The notes beneath the pieces are model-generated. The model had not been told where the DNA came from, ran no database searches, and was given only the letters and a program-made list of their open reading frames with translations. Positions 1-10,374 of a stretch of DNA of 64,000 nucleotides are shown here, piece by piece. Every line of letters begins with the position of its first letter. Position 1 is the stretch's first letter. This stretch comes from an uncultured Acidobacteriota bacterium (GTDB lineage Bacteria > Acidobacteriota > Polarisedimenticolia > J045): contig CAVPCQ010000032.1 of NCBI GenBank assembly GCA_963702425.1, positions 64,001-128,000 on the forward strand. Reading direction: 5' to 3'. Both the position numbers and the translations under genes were made by a program.

Positions 1-1750
1 ACGCGACCTCGACGGCGAGCCGCGGGTTGTCCCCCTCGATCGCGACGCCACCCGCACCGGGCACCAGCGTCGCGTGGTGGAGCGCCAGCGCGCCGAGATG
101 GCCCGACACGGGATTCCCGCCGGAGTCGCTGGCTGCGCCCTTCACCGTGATCGACCCCTCGAGCAGCAGGCCGTTGACGACGAGCGTGCCGGGATCGGGC
201 GACGCTGCGGGCGCGGCCCCCTCGACCTCGAGCTGCCCGGCGAAGTGCGGACGGGTCTCGTCGGCGCGGAACCGCCCCGGGCGGCGTTCGAAGACCCCCG
301 GCGAGCCCGCGACCGGCTCGGCCGGCCAGTCCGCTCCGACGATCAGCAGCTTCGAGCGCTCGGGGATCCGGATCGGCGGGACCGGCGAAGAGGCGTCCTC
401 GAACTCCGACGTGCTGTCCATGAGGACGATCACGCCGGTGGTTCCGGGCGGCTGCGCGTTCCACGCCGCGACCGCGTCGGCCAGGCGGGTGAAGATCGTT
501 TCGCTCCCCTTCGGTGCGGCCACGCGCGAGACGCCGACCTGCCAGTCGGGCGTCGCGAAGGCGGCCGGGATCGAGGACGAGCGGTCGTAGGGGCCGCCGC
601 CGATATCCGCGGGAAAGCCGTAGCGGAAGGTCACGAAGACCCGCTCGGGAACGACGCCCGCCGCGAACGCGAGGCGGCCCGACTGGGGGTCGAGCGACAC
701 GTCGATCGGGAGCGCGACGGTCCCGCCGTCACGCCGGGCGTAGCTGCGGGTCGCGGGCGGCCGGTGCCAGTCCGCCGGCGAAGGGGCCGGAGGCGGTGGG
801 TCCGCGAGGTGGCAGATCGCGATCCGCGCGGGCGGGATCTCGACGAGCCCGCTCCCCCCGGGCGGCTGCCACAGCACGCGCAGGACCGGATTCGCGGGAT
901 CGAACCAGGTGCGCGGCGGCGGCGGCTCGCCGTCCGCGATCGCCTGCCGTTCGGCCTCGAGCTCGGCGTGGAGCGCCCGGCGCCGGAGCGGGCCGGGGAC
1001 GTTGGCCTCTCCGGCGAGCGTCGCGAGGCTCTGCTCGGTGCGCGGCGCGTTGAACAGCGGTCCGCTGAAGCCGAGGGGGCTGAAGGTGTAGCGCCCGTCC
1101 GGCGGGTCGGTGACCGCGCGCGGGGTGGCGTAGTCCGCTGGAAGGCCGCCCGGAACCTCGGGGTCGCGGCCCACCGGGTAGGCCCCGAGCCGCCAGAGGA
1201 ACAGCCCGACGTTGGGGATCGCATAGCGGCCGCGCCGGAGCGCGACGTTCCGCACCTCGAGCGTGTGCGCCGCGCGCTCGAACGGGCCGTGCACCAGCTC
1301 GGCCGCCGAGCCGTCACGCAGCGAGAGCGTGGCGGGGGCATGGAGCCGCGGGTGGTTGGCGTGCTGGCTGACGGCGAGCCGCTCGAAGAACTCGACCGCC
1401 CGCGCCGGCCATCCCGTGACGTCTCGCGCGAGCTGCTCGAGCATCGTCGCCGTTCCCTTGCGGCGGCGGTGGCCGATCGTGTTCGCGACCCAGGCGCGCT
1501 GGCTGAAGGTCTTGGGGGTGACCCGGTGGAGTCCCTTCACGGCCAGCAGGTCGCCGATGTAGGGAACCAGCCACTCCTCGCAGGTCTCGATGAACCAGCC
1601 GTCGTAGAGCCGGTCGACGTCGCGCTCGACGAGTTCCGCCTCGCGGGCGAGGACCTCGATCAGCGCCCGCAGCGCCCCCCCCGATTCCGCGTCGCGGATC
1701 CGGTGGACCGACGGCAGCATCGTCCAGAGCGCGTCGGCGTCGAGGCTCAT
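1..1750 (-). CDS. eCIS baseplate wedge / phage tail protein (P2 gpI/gp7-like), 3' end runs off the window
   Basis: Hand translation from ATG at 1750 (ATGA overlap with upstream stop): MSLDADALWTMLPSVHRIRDAESGGALRALIEV...LYDGWFIETCEEWLVPYIGDLL...RRRKGTATMLEQLARDVTGWPARAVEFF, typical of eCIS tail-I-like proteins. Absent from the ORF track because no stop falls in the window. Confidence 0.8.
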   Translation of the reverse strand, partial: MSLDADALWTMLPSVHRIRDAESGGALRALIEVLAREAELVERDVDRLYDGWFIETCEEWLVPYIGDLLAVKGLHRVTPKTFSQRAWVANTIGHRRRKGTATMLEQLARDVTGWPARAVEFFERLAVSQHANHPRLHAPATLSLRDGSAAELVHGPFERAAHTLEVRNVALRRGRYAIPNVGLFLWRLGAYPVGRDPEVPGGLPADYATPRAVTDPPDGRYTFSPLGFSGPLFNAPRTEQSLATLAGEANVPGPLRRRALHAELEAERQAIADGEPPPPRTWFDPANPVLRVLWQPPGGSGLVEIPPARIAICHLADPPPPAPSPADWHRPPATRSYARRDGGTVALPIDVSLDPQSGRLAFAAGVVPERVFVTFRYGFPADIGGGPYDRSSSIPAAFATPDWQVGVSRVAAPKGSETIFTRLADAVAAWNAQPPGTTGVIVLMDSTSEFEDASSPVPPIRIPERSKLLIVGADWPAEPVAGSPGVFERRPGRFRADETRPHFAGQLEVEGAAPAASPDPGTLVVNGLLLEGSITVKGAASDSGGNPVSGHLGALALHHATLVPGAGGVAIEGDNPRLAVEVA

Positions 1751-4319
1751 GCGAGGGTCTCCCTGACGTCGATCCCGGCGGGATCGATCACGAGGATCTC
1801 CGCCGGCGCGACCCCGTCGGCGTCGGGCCGCGCTCCGCGGGACGGAAGCACGTCTTCGGGCTCCGGGCCGGCCGTCGCCCCGATCAGCGCGAACGTGTCG
1901 AGGTCGGCTGCGATCACGCCGGGGACCGACTGGATCACCGCCAGCACGCGGCTCGCCGCGAGCGACCGCGCGAACTCCATCGCCTCGAACGAAAACGCGT
2001 CCAGCAGCGCGGCCGTGACCGCCGTCTCCACCTCGGCCCGCACGCGGCGCGGATCGACCTTGAGCCGTGCGCCGACGCGGAACGGGAGCAGAGTGCGCGA
2101 CGCGAGGACGACCGGGACGAGCGCGTGGCGCGCGTCGTCGATCGCGGTCCGGAGCGCTTTCGCGGTGTCCGACGCCGGCTCGACGGCAGCGCCCTCCGGT
2201 CCCGCCAGGGTCAGGTGCACGACCCGCCGCGCGCCGTCCCAGGCGAAGTCGCCGCGCGCCTTCGCGATCCCCGAGAAGCCCTGCGCGAAGCTCTCGTAGT
2301 CCGCGAGCGACACGATGCGGTCGAGGGTGAGCACCGTCAGCGGCGCGTTCTGCCGCGCGGCGTCGAGCGACTCCGGGTCGTCGCCACCTTCGGGCGCGAT
2401 CGGGTTGAGCACCTCGCGGACGCCGAGCGGCCGCGTCATCAGGAGGCTGACTTGCCGCGCGCGGACCATGCCGGCGAGACCCGTCCCGGCGCGGTAGCTC
2501 GCCTCGACGTTCTCCGATCCGGTCGGCAGCCGGGCGCCGCGCCGGCCATCGCCGAAGATCAAGTTCACCTTCCCGTCGTCGTTGATCCGCACGACGTAGC
2601 GTGCGTCGGCGGGCCCGCTCTCGAAGAACGACCGCGCCTCGTCCCAGAGAACTCCGTTGACCCGGACTGCGAGCGTGCTCCGGCCGCCCGAGGCGTTCGC
2701 GGCGCGGACGTGGGTCAGCGGCGACTGCCGCAGGGTGAAGCGCTGGAGCGGCCGGGAGGCGTCGCCGCTGCCCAGGACCTCCTTCCAGGATTGCCCGTGG
2801 GTCGCCGGCGCGACGTTGGCGTTGATGCGGACCGAGGCGCGGCGGTAGTCGTGCGCCAGGTCGCCCTCGAACTCGAGCTGCGTCCGGCCGGACACCTCCG
2901 CCACCGCGGTGAGCGCGCGGACCTCGGCCGCCGGCTCACCCCCGGGGTGGCACGTTCCGCTCACCGCGACGCGCCGCCCCACCGACAGCCCTGCCACCCG
3001 GCCCTCGAGCACGACGAAGTTGCGCGGCATCGGCTCGGGCTCCGGCGCCTCCGCCACGACGAGCGGATCGGCAACGGCGAAGACCGTCGTGTCGCGCGGC
3101 TTGAAGGAGGCGATCCCCGAGCCGAAAAGCTCGAGCCGCGTCGTCTTCGCCGAGACGTTCTCGACGACGAGACTTTCCTCGGAGACGGCGTCCACCCGGA
3201 AGAGACCGGTTCGGCTGGGGGAGGAGAGGACCACCCAGCCCGGCGCAACGATCTCGGGGTAGACGGTGTCGAGATTGATCACCGTCGTGCCCGCGACGTA
3301 GTACTGGTCGGCCCACACGGCGATCATGTTCGACGCCGGTGCGCTGGCGAGGGCTTTTTGGACGCCTTCTCGGCCACGATCGGCGCGGCCTCCTCGCCGG
3401 CGGGCACCATCGCCTCGAGGATCGGCTGCGCCGCCAGCTCGACCATGCCGTCCGCCAGCTCGAGCCACTCCGAGGCAGCTTCGACGAGCAGCCCGACCGC
3501 AATCGAGTTGTGGCCGAAGATCGACGCCCGCGTGCGGAACGCGTACAGCGTGGTCGCGGGGGAGGCCTGGGCGCCGAGCGCCGGCGACCACGTGATGTGC
3601 GTGCGGTTCGCCACCCCGTCGGCGGTGACGGTGACGATCCGCCGGAACTCCCAGGCGCTCGGGAAGCCGGACGCGACCGTGTGCACGAACAGCACGCCGT
3701 CGCCGCGGCGCAGCCCGGTCGCGGTCCCTTCGAGCGCGAGCGCGGTGCTCCCCGGCCCGGGGGCGGTCCGGGCGGTGAGCTGCGGCCGGAGCTCGTTCCA
3801 GGTGGGCCGCGCCTCGATCTCTGCGGTGGTTTCGAAGACCTGGGGCAGCTCGTCCTGTCCGGGGATGCTCTGCGCCCTGGTCCCCGCCGGGATCACGGTG
3901 CTCTCTGGCGCCCCGGGAGTGGTCTCGCAGGCGAACGCCAGCCAGGTGGAAGCCGCGACGCCGGGCGATAGCTCGTAGCCGATCGCACGCGCCAGCTCGA
4001 GCACCGAGCGGCGCTCCTCGGCCGTCCTCAGGTAGCCCTCGTTCGCGATCCGCTCGCTGTAGAAGGTGAGCACGTCGAGCGCGGCCGCGAAGGCGTCGGC
4101 GATCGCGATCGACGGGTCGGCGTCGTCGCGGGCGGTCAGCCCGGCGAGGGCCGGCTTCGTGCCGAGGCCGGCCAGGAGGCTGGCCTTGAACCGCGCGTGG
4201 GTCCCGACGCGCCGCGCGAGCCGCGCCTGCCCGGGCGGCGTGCCGGCCGGCACGGGCGTCTCGGGCGCGGCGCCCTCGCAGCAGCCGCAATCGGAGAGCC
4301 GGATGTCGTCGCTGCTCAC
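1747..4319 (-). CDS. baseplate J-like assembly protein (Afp11/12-like), split by a -1 frameshift near 3355-3359
   Basis: N-terminal part (GTG 4319; CGCCEG, DVLTFYSERIANEGYLRTA) is in the frame ending at 3324. C-terminal part (ANVAPATHG, FGDGRRGARLPTG, DRIVSLADYE) is in frame 1747..4290. The frames switch at an A5 run. Confidence 0.8.
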
Positions 4320-6766
4320 AGTCCGCCTCCCGCGTTGATCTCCAACCGCCCCGCCTCGGGCCGGCTGCGGTCGTTGGCCAGCTCGAGGATCTCGAACGGC
4401 CCGGCGGCGATCGCGCCGGCCGCCAGTTCCCCTGCGGCCGGCTTGCCCCAGCGCTGGAACCGTGTGACGTCCACGTAGTCCACGCCTGCTACCGCGCTCG
4501 CGGCGGCGTAGAGCTGGCTCAGGTAGAGCGTGTCGCCGAAGCTGAACCGGTCGGGATGGAAGAACCCCGTGCCGCCGCCGGCCAGCGCACCGCTCCCGAG
4601 CACGGCGAGCAGCGCACGCTTGACCTCCGACGCGAAGTAGCCCGGCCGGACACAGACCTCGAGCGCGATGTCGAGCGGCACGAACCGCGGCGATTCGACC
4701 TCGAGGTCGTAGCCGGCGAGCCGGAAGCGTTCGAGGTGGTCGCGCAGCTCGTCGCGGAACGGGCCGTCGACCGGCCGGCCGGCCCGCCGGTCGATCGAGA
4801 GCAACACCGTGAACCAGCTCCCGGTCCACCGGAAGCGCGCGGCCGCGCGCTGAACCTCGGGGTGGAGTCCCGCCGCGCGGGCGTAGTCGGCCGCGGTCAC
4901 CGCGCGCTCCTGGACGCGGAACGCGACCGGCGCGTCGAGCCTCACCCGCTCGAGCGGCTCGGGGTCGGTCCCGCCACGGGCGGGGAGCGGGTTGCGGACG
5001 GCCGCGACTCCGCCTGTGGCAAGGACGACCTGGCGCAGGCTGCCCGGCCCGACGTTCCCGGCAGCCCCGGTGCCGACGCGGTAGCTGGACCTGAAGCCCG
5101 CCCCGGGACTGGGGCGCTTGCCCTGCACGCCGTCGCCGAACCTGAGGAACGCCGTCCGGTCGTTCTCCGGCTCGACCACGAACTCCGGCGCGAAGCGCTC
5201 ACTGCCGAGGAGGTCGCGCCGCGGCGACCAGCGGTCGCCGTCGCCGTCGAGCGCCACGGCCGGCAGCGCGGCGCGCGGATCCTGCTCGAGCGCCGCCGCG
5301 GCGGGAGTTCGCCGCGCGGCGACGGGATCGAACGGAACGGCGTAGGTCAGGTCGCGCCGCGCGAGGCGAGGCCGCCAGCTCGTGCCCTCCGGCGGCGAGG
5401 CGGGCTCGAGCGGCTCGTTCGCCACTGAGCGGCCGTGATCGGCCAGCACGACGTTCGCGCGCGCGACGCTGACGTCCGGAACCAGGGTCCCTTCGCCGTC
5501 GCGGCCGGAAAGGCAGAGCGGGAAGCGCAGCGCGTCCTCCGCGTCCCACTCGATCTCGACGATCCGCGTCCCGTCGAGCGGATCGGCCACCGCCCGCACC
5601 GCCGTCAGCCGGACCACCTGCCGGTGCGCGGGATCGGCGTCCGCAGCGATCCCGCTCCGTGGCCCGGCCACCTCCTCGAAGACGACGAGATCCCCTGCCG
5701 CGAGGCCGGCCGCCGGGTCGTCGCGCAGCGTCGCCCGGGTCGCGCCGGCCGGCAGGCAGCACTCCTCGTCGCCGAAGGTGTGGAAGCGGATCGTGTTCCG
5801 CGCGGCGGAGAGCGCCACGCCTTCGATCGTTTCGAAGACCGCCGGATGCGCCTCGAGCGCCGCGTCGAGATCGGCGGGAGCGAGCACCGGCGGTGCGTCG
5901 AGCGGCGCGGTCAGGAGCGTCGTCCCGGCCGGGAGCGCGGCACCGTCGGCCGCCCCGCCCGGCGTGACCTCGAACACCACGAACGCCCGCGCGTTGCACC
6001 CCTCGTGGACGAAGTAGTCGAGCAGCCGGGCGTGGCGACGCACCGAGGTCCGGCGCCTCGCGGTGCCCAGGTACGCTTCGGTCGCCACCGCGTCCTGGTA
6101 GTAGCTCAGGTGGTCGGCCGCGTAGGCGAGCAGCTCGACCAGCGTGACGCCGAGGTCGGCCGGGCTGCGATCGCGCCAGTCGGGAGCGAGCGCGGCGATC
6201 CGATCGAGCATCATCCGCCGGATGCTCGCGTAGTCGCGGGCCAGGTAGTCGAGCACCGGCTCTTCGCGCACGACGGGCGGGCACACCGGCACCGGCCGGC
6301 AGTCGAACTCGGAAGGACACTCGACCTTGAACGAGAACTCGATCTCCGAGAGCAGCGGGTCGAGATCGGCGAGCGGCGAGCCGGCTGCGTCCACCAGCCG
6401 CAACCGGTAGGTGGAGAAGTCCCCCTCCGAGTCGGTCCGCACCACGAGCACCTGCCGGGGCGACGGGAGCGCGCCGAAGAACGTCCGCTCGGCCGCGGTC
6501 GCCGGGGGAACCGGCACGTCGTCGGCGCGGTGGACCCAGAGCACGTTCACCGGCGTGACGCGCACCCCTCCGACCAGCTCGAGGTTGGCCGCCACGAGCG
6601 CCGGCGCGTCCTTGAGCATCCGCACCAGGAGGGTGCGCTGGCGGGGGCTGGGGATCGGCTCCGCGTCGCGGTCGAGCACCTCGAGCACGTCGATCCCGTT
6701 GAGGGTCGGGTGTCCGGCCACCTGGACGCGGCGGCGCTCGTGACGGCAGCGGAACTGGACGGCCAT
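4316..6766 (-). CDS. baseplate J-like assembly protein
   Basis: MAVQFRCRHERRR start with GGAGG RBS; DYLARDYAS, LSYYQDAVATEAYLGTARRR, FGDG and RAVTAADY motifs. Confidence 0.85.
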   Translation of the reverse strand: MAVQFRCRHERRRVQVAGHPTLNGIDVLEVLDRDAEPIPSPRQRTLLVRMLKDAPALVAANLELVGGVRVTPVNVLWVHRADDVPVPPATAAERTFFGALPSPRQVLVVRTDSEGDFSTYRLRLVDAAGSPLADLDPLLSEIEFSFKVECPSEFDCRPVPVCPPVVREEPVLDYLARDYASIRRMMLDRIAALAPDWRDRSPADLGVTLVELLAYAADHLSYYQDAVATEAYLGTARRRTSVRRHARLLDYFVHEGCNARAFVVFEVTPGGAADGAALPAGTTLLTAPLDAPPVLAPADLDAALEAHPAVFETIEGVALSAARNTIRFHTFGDEECCLPAGATRATLRDDPAAGLAAGDLVVFEEVAGPRSGIAADADPAHRQVVRLTAVRAVADPLDGTRIVEIEWDAEDALRFPLCLSGRDGEGTLVPDVSVARANVVLADHGRSVANEPLEPASPPEGTSWRPRLARRDLTYAVPFDPVAARRTPAAAALEQDPRAALPAVALDGDGDRWSPRRDLLGSERFAPEFVVEPENDRTAFLRFGDGVQGKRPSPGAGFRSSYRVGTGAAGNVGPGSLRQVVLATGGVAAVRNPLPARGGTDPEPLERVRLDAPVAFRVQERAVTAADYARAAGLHPEVQRAAARFRWTGSWFTVLLSIDRRAGRPVDGPFRDELRDHLERFRLAGYDLEVESPRFVPLDIALEVCVRPGYFASEVKRALLAVLGSGALAGGGTGFFHPDRFSFGDTLYLSQLYAAASAVAGVDYVDVTRFQRWGKPAAGELAAGAIAAGPFEILELANDRSRPEAGRLEINAGGGL

Positions 6767-6777
6767 CGCCCCTCCTC

Positions 6778-7140
6778 CTACACCGCGCGCTGGAACAAGG
6801 CGCGCTGCCGCTCGCCGCTCAGCCGGTCGACGTAGCTCACCGAGACGACCAGCGCGGCGTCGCGCCGCTCGATCTCGACGGCCTCGACCGCGATCTCGTC
6901 CGCCAGCCACTGCGAGAGCGCGCCCTGGACCGCGGCCTGCGTCGCCGTCACCAGCGTGTCGGAGAGCGGCGCGAACACGAGCTGCAGGACGCCGCAACCG
7001 AAGGTCGGCCGGTTCACGCGCTCGCCCGGCGCGGTGAAGAGGACCTGCTCGATCAGGTCGCGCAGGTACCCGGGCCGGTCCGCGGTCGCGGTCCGTCCCC
7101 GGCCGGAGATCACGAGCGGAAAGTCGATGTGCGTCGTCAT
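6778..7140 (-). CDS. GPW/gp25 family baseplate protein (Afp9-like)
   Basis: IEQVLFTAPGERVNRPTFGCG motif. Confidence 0.9.
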   Translation of the reverse strand: MTTHIDFPLVISGRGRTATADRPGYLRDLIEQVLFTAPGERVNRPTFGCGVLQLVFAPLSDTLVTATQAAVQGALSQWLADEIAVEAVEIERRDAALVVSVSYVDRLSGERQRALFQRAV

Positions 7141-7454
7141 GTCGCGATCACCCTCGTTTGCGTCGAAACGACGGCGAGCGGCGTGCCGGTCGGCGCGGCC
7201 AGCGACGCGCTGGCCGTCACCACGACCGGGATCCCGCCCGCGAGGACGCGCGTTGCGCCCGCCAGCCACTGCCCGGTCACGCAGGGCGGGCTGCCCGACC
7301 CCGACAGGCCGCATCCGGCAACGACCATCGGCGTCGTCAGCACGACCACCGGCATCCCGCTCACCGTGACGCGCGGGAAGGGCGCGACGGCCGTCGCGGT
7401 CCCGCCGTGGGAACAGAGGACCACGGCGCTCTGGTGGACGATCGGGCCCGGCAT
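7137..7454 (-). CDS. PAAR-like spike tip protein
   Basis: 105 aa with VLCSHGG, VAGC and PCVT metal-ligand pattern; lies between the spike gene and gp25. Confidence 0.75.
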   Translation of the reverse strand: MPGPIVHQSAVVLCSHGGTATAVAPFPRVTVSGMPVVVLTTPMVVAGCGLSGSGSPPCVTGQWLAGATRVLAGGIPVVVTASASLAAPTGTPLAVVSTQTRVIAT

Positions 7455-7466
7455 CGGCTCTCCCTG

Positions 7467-7982
7467 CTACACGACGCTCAGCGCGCCGTTGTTGATCGTC
7501 ACGGCGGGGCCGACCATCGTGATCATCGCCCCCTGGCCGTTCGAGATCGTGATTCCCGCCTCGCTGATCGAGATGAAGGCCCCGGTCACGTGCTTGAGCA
7601 GGATCCCACCGGTCGGTCCCGGCAGGTCGGAGATCAAGAGCGCCGTCTGGAGCTGCGTCTGCATGATGACGCTCGACAGCGGCGGCATCCCGGGCTGGAC
7701 GAGGGTCGGGATCTCGGCCGTGCTCCCGAACCAGCAGCCGCTCCAGATCGGGTAGTCGGGATTCCCCTGCTCGAACTCGACCCAGACTCCCGAGCCGACC
7801 TGCGGCACGGCGTAGAAGCCGAGCTGCTGGCCCGCGAACGGGAAGCACGGCATCGCCCAGCTCGACAGCCCGGCCCCGAGCACGTCGGGCACCTGCACCT
7901 GGACCCGGCCGATCCGCTCGGGGTCGAGGTTGTTGAGGACCACGCCGCGGTACTTGCCGTAGTAGCGACCGTCGCTGCTCAT
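7467..7982 (-). CDS. baseplate assembly protein V / gp5-like spike (OB fold + short beta region)
   Basis: YYGKYRGVVLNNLDPERIGRVQVQVPDV...PQVGSGVWVEFEQGNPDYPIWSG. Confidence 0.9.
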   Translation of the reverse strand: MSSDGRYYGKYRGVVLNNLDPERIGRVQVQVPDVLGAGLSSWAMPCFPFAGQQLGFYAVPQVGSGVWVEFEQGNPDYPIWSGCWFGSTAEIPTLVQPGMPPLSSVIMQTQLQTALLISDLPGPTGGILLKHVTGAFISISEAGITISNGQGAMITMVGPAVTINNGALSVV

Positions 7983-9106
7983 GCCGGCACCCCGGGAACC
8001 GTCGAGACGAGCCCGTTCCGGACCAGCGAGAAGCTCTGGCGGAACTCCCCGCGGCGGATGCGGCTCGTCACGCGGTTGACGTAGTAGAGCCCGTCGAACG
8101 CCAGGCCCGCCCCGCGCACCCCGACGAGTTGCCGGGCCTTGAGCACCCGGCCGTAGCGCAGCATGTCCAGGCTCCCTTCCCCCCGCACCGCGTCCTGCGA
8201 CCCCGCCGCGCGCGCGAGCCCCTTGGACAGCGCGGTCATCGGGGAGTCCTTCGCGGTGTCCTTGAGCAGCTCGATCTTCTTGATCCCGGGCGGGATCAGC
8301 CCCAGCGGCGGCTTGAGCAGGTCGATCGACGGCACGGGCAGCGGGATCGGGAACTTGGCGATCGGGTTCTGGATGAAGACCACGGGAAGCGTCGCATCGG
8401 TCTGCGCGATGCTGAACTGGAGCGACTCGACGTTGCTGTGGGCATCCATCCCGATGTTGAGTGCCGGCTGCGGCACGCCGACCCGGATCTCGGGTCCCCA
8501 GTACGCGGTGTTCGTCCCCGGCACCGGCCCCGGCTCGACGTAGAAGACGTAGCCGACCTCGCGGGCCAGCTCGTTGACGTAGGCGAGGTCGGTGCCGCGG
8601 TGGGTCGGGATGCGCGAAGTCGGGATCGGGACGTCGGGGAAGAGGCTCGGGACGACGACCGGGATCATCCCGAAAAGGGCGTACTTGGCGAGGATGACGA
8701 GGACGCGCGTCTCGACCGGCATCGCGGGGTACGGCAGGCCGTTCCACTCCTGCTGGTCCATCACCGCGGTCAGGTCCTCCCCGGTCACGGTGAGGGTCGC
8801 CTCGCCCGCCTCGTTCGCCGAGCCGAGCTCCTGGCGCGTGACCACCCCGTCGGCGAGGACGTGCGGCGTGCCGCCGAGCGTCACGACGACGACGACGCGC
8901 AGCCACGGAACCTGGTTGCCCGCGACGAGCAGGAGGGTGTGGAGCGGCGAGCGGTTCGAGATCTTGAACTGGAGCTGGAACCCGCTTCGGCTGCCCGCGC
9001 TCGAGGTCACCTCGACGCTGTCGAGCGCCTCGACGATCGGCCGCGGCGCCGGGATCGGCACCACCGGTCCGGCGAGCAGCGTGAGCTGGATTCCGGGGCT
9101 AGTCAC
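7979..9106 (-). CDS. baseplate hub (gp27/late control D-like; VgrG N-terminal half)
   Basis: TDLAYVNELAREVGYVFYVEPG, DMLRYGRVLKAR and FDGLYYVNRVT motifs; directly upstream of the spike gene. Confidence 0.75.
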   Translation of the reverse strand: MTSPGIQLTLLAGPVVPIPAPRPIVEALDSVEVTSSAGSRSGFQLQFKISNRSPLHTLLLVAGNQVPWLRVVVVVTLGGTPHVLADGVVTRQELGSANEAGEATLTVTGEDLTAVMDQQEWNGLPYPAMPVETRVLVILAKYALFGMIPVVVPSLFPDVPIPTSRIPTHRGTDLAYVNELAREVGYVFYVEPGPVPGTNTAYWGPEIRVGVPQPALNIGMDAHSNVESLQFSIAQTDATLPVVFIQNPIAKFPIPLPVPSIDLLKPPLGLIPPGIKKIELLKDTAKDSPMTALSKGLARAAGSQDAVRGEGSLDMLRYGRVLKARQLVGVRGAGLAFDGLYYVNRVTSRIRRGEFRQSFSLVRNGLVSTVPGVPA

Positions 9107-9419
9107 GCGACGGTCCTGCCAGGCCCTCGGGCAGGGTGATCCGGAGCCGGGTGCCCGGGACGAGCAGCTCGCGCGGGTTCATCGCGCCGTTGGCGTCGGC
9201 GAGGCGCCAGAACTGCTCCGGGTCGCCGAGGTAGGCCGCAGCGAGGTTGTCGAGGCGGTCGCCGTCCTCGACGAGGTGCTCGCGGATCGTCTCGAACCGC
9301 TCCTCGCCGGGGATGAAGCGGCGCTCGAGGTAGACGATCTCGCGCCCATCGGGGAGGACGAGCGTGCGCGTGGCCGTCGGCGCATAGCGGCTGGTCGGAG
9401 CGATCAGGTCGCGTCTCAC
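9099..9419 (-). CDS. LysM/tail-X domain protein
   Basis: HLVEDGDRLDNLAAAYLGDPEQFWRLADAN; GTGA overlap with upstream stop. Confidence 0.85.
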   Translation of the reverse strand: MRRDLIAPTSRYAPTATRTLVLPDGREIVYLERRFIPGEERFETIREHLVEDGDRLDNLAAAYLGDPEQFWRLADANGAMNPRELLVPGTRLRITLPEGLAGPSRD

Positions 9420-10069
9420 GGCAGGGCTCCCAGGCCGAGCGCGCTGAGAGGCCGCGCGGTCGCGCCTCCGGCGAGCCGCTCCTTGGCGCGCTGGTAGACG
9501 AGGAAGACGTTCCCGCCGCGGTGGTCGAACCCCAGGTCGTCCACCGACAGGACCCGCAGGCCGAGGCTCACCTTGGCGCGGATCGGGTTGAGGGCGGTAT
9601 CGAACGCTTCCTCGGTGATCGAGAAGTCGGTGATCCGGACCGGGACCACGCGGTTCTTGCCCCAGACGAAGAGCACGAGCGGCGACTCCAGCGGCGCGAT
9701 CTCGAGCGTCCCTGCCGCTTGCAGGGAGTTGTTCGCCACGAGGGCATCGGCCGCCGGGTAGACGATCGTCTCGAGCGCCGCGAGCTGGTCCGCGATCCCG
9801 ACCTCGACCGCGGTCCCCGAGCCGAGCTCGAGCTGGTCGGTGGCGTCGATCTCGGCGTCGAGCTTGATCGTCTCGATCGGCGGTCCCTTGAGCCGGAGCG
9901 CTTCCGAGCGGTCTCGCGTCTCCCCGCCGACTCCCTGCGGCTGGAGCGTCCGGGTCAGGGTGTCGGGGGTGTATTGCAGCGCGACCACGCGCCGTACGGC
10001 CCCCGAGCCCGGATCGACGAGGACGAGCCCCGCCTTGAGAACGGGCGGCGAGCCCGGAAAGGTCGTCAT
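9416..10069 (-). CDS. CIS tube-initiator protein (Afp7 N-terminal-like)
   Basis: LQYTPDTLTR and LFVWGKNRVVPVRITDFSITEEAFDTALNPIRAKV motifs. Confidence 0.8.
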   Translation of the reverse strand: MTTFPGSPPVLKAGLVLVDPGSGAVRRVVALQYTPDTLTRTLQPQGVGGETRDRSEALRLKGPPIETIKLDAEIDATDQLELGSGTAVEVGIADQLAALETIVYPAADALVANNSLQAAGTLEIAPLESPLVLFVWGKNRVVPVRITDFSITEEAFDTALNPIRAKVSLGLRVLSVDDLGFDHRGGNVFLVYQRAKERLAGGATARPLSALGLGALP

Positions 10070-10374
10070 GGAGTCCTCGGGTAGCGAGCGGCGAAGAAGG
10101 CGCCTGTGGCCGGGCGGACCGGGGCGAGCGAGGCGTGAACCTGCCGGGCCACGGCGGTGCCCAGCGCGGCACCAGCGGGCGGTGCGGGTGCCAACTGCCC
10201 GGCGTCGATCGAGTCGATCCGGGTCGGCCCCTCGGCCAGCGCCCCGAGGCCGCGCTCGGCCAGCAGGCGCTCCAGCTCGGCGACGACCGCGTCGGCGACG
10301 TGGTGGCGAGACCCCGGGGGCACACCGTGGAGCACCAGCTCGCCGATCGCGAGCGAGAGGCGCGGCGTCACCAT
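10066..10374 (-). CDS. small hypothetical eCIS protein
   Basis: MVTPRLSLAIGELVLHGVP...LGTAVARQVHASL; overlaps both neighbours. Confidence 0.65.
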   Translation of the reverse strand: MVTPRLSLAIGELVLHGVPPGSRHHVADAVVAELERLLAERGLGALAEGPTRIDSIDAGQLAPAPPAGAALGTAVARQVHASLAPVRPATGAFFAARYPRTP

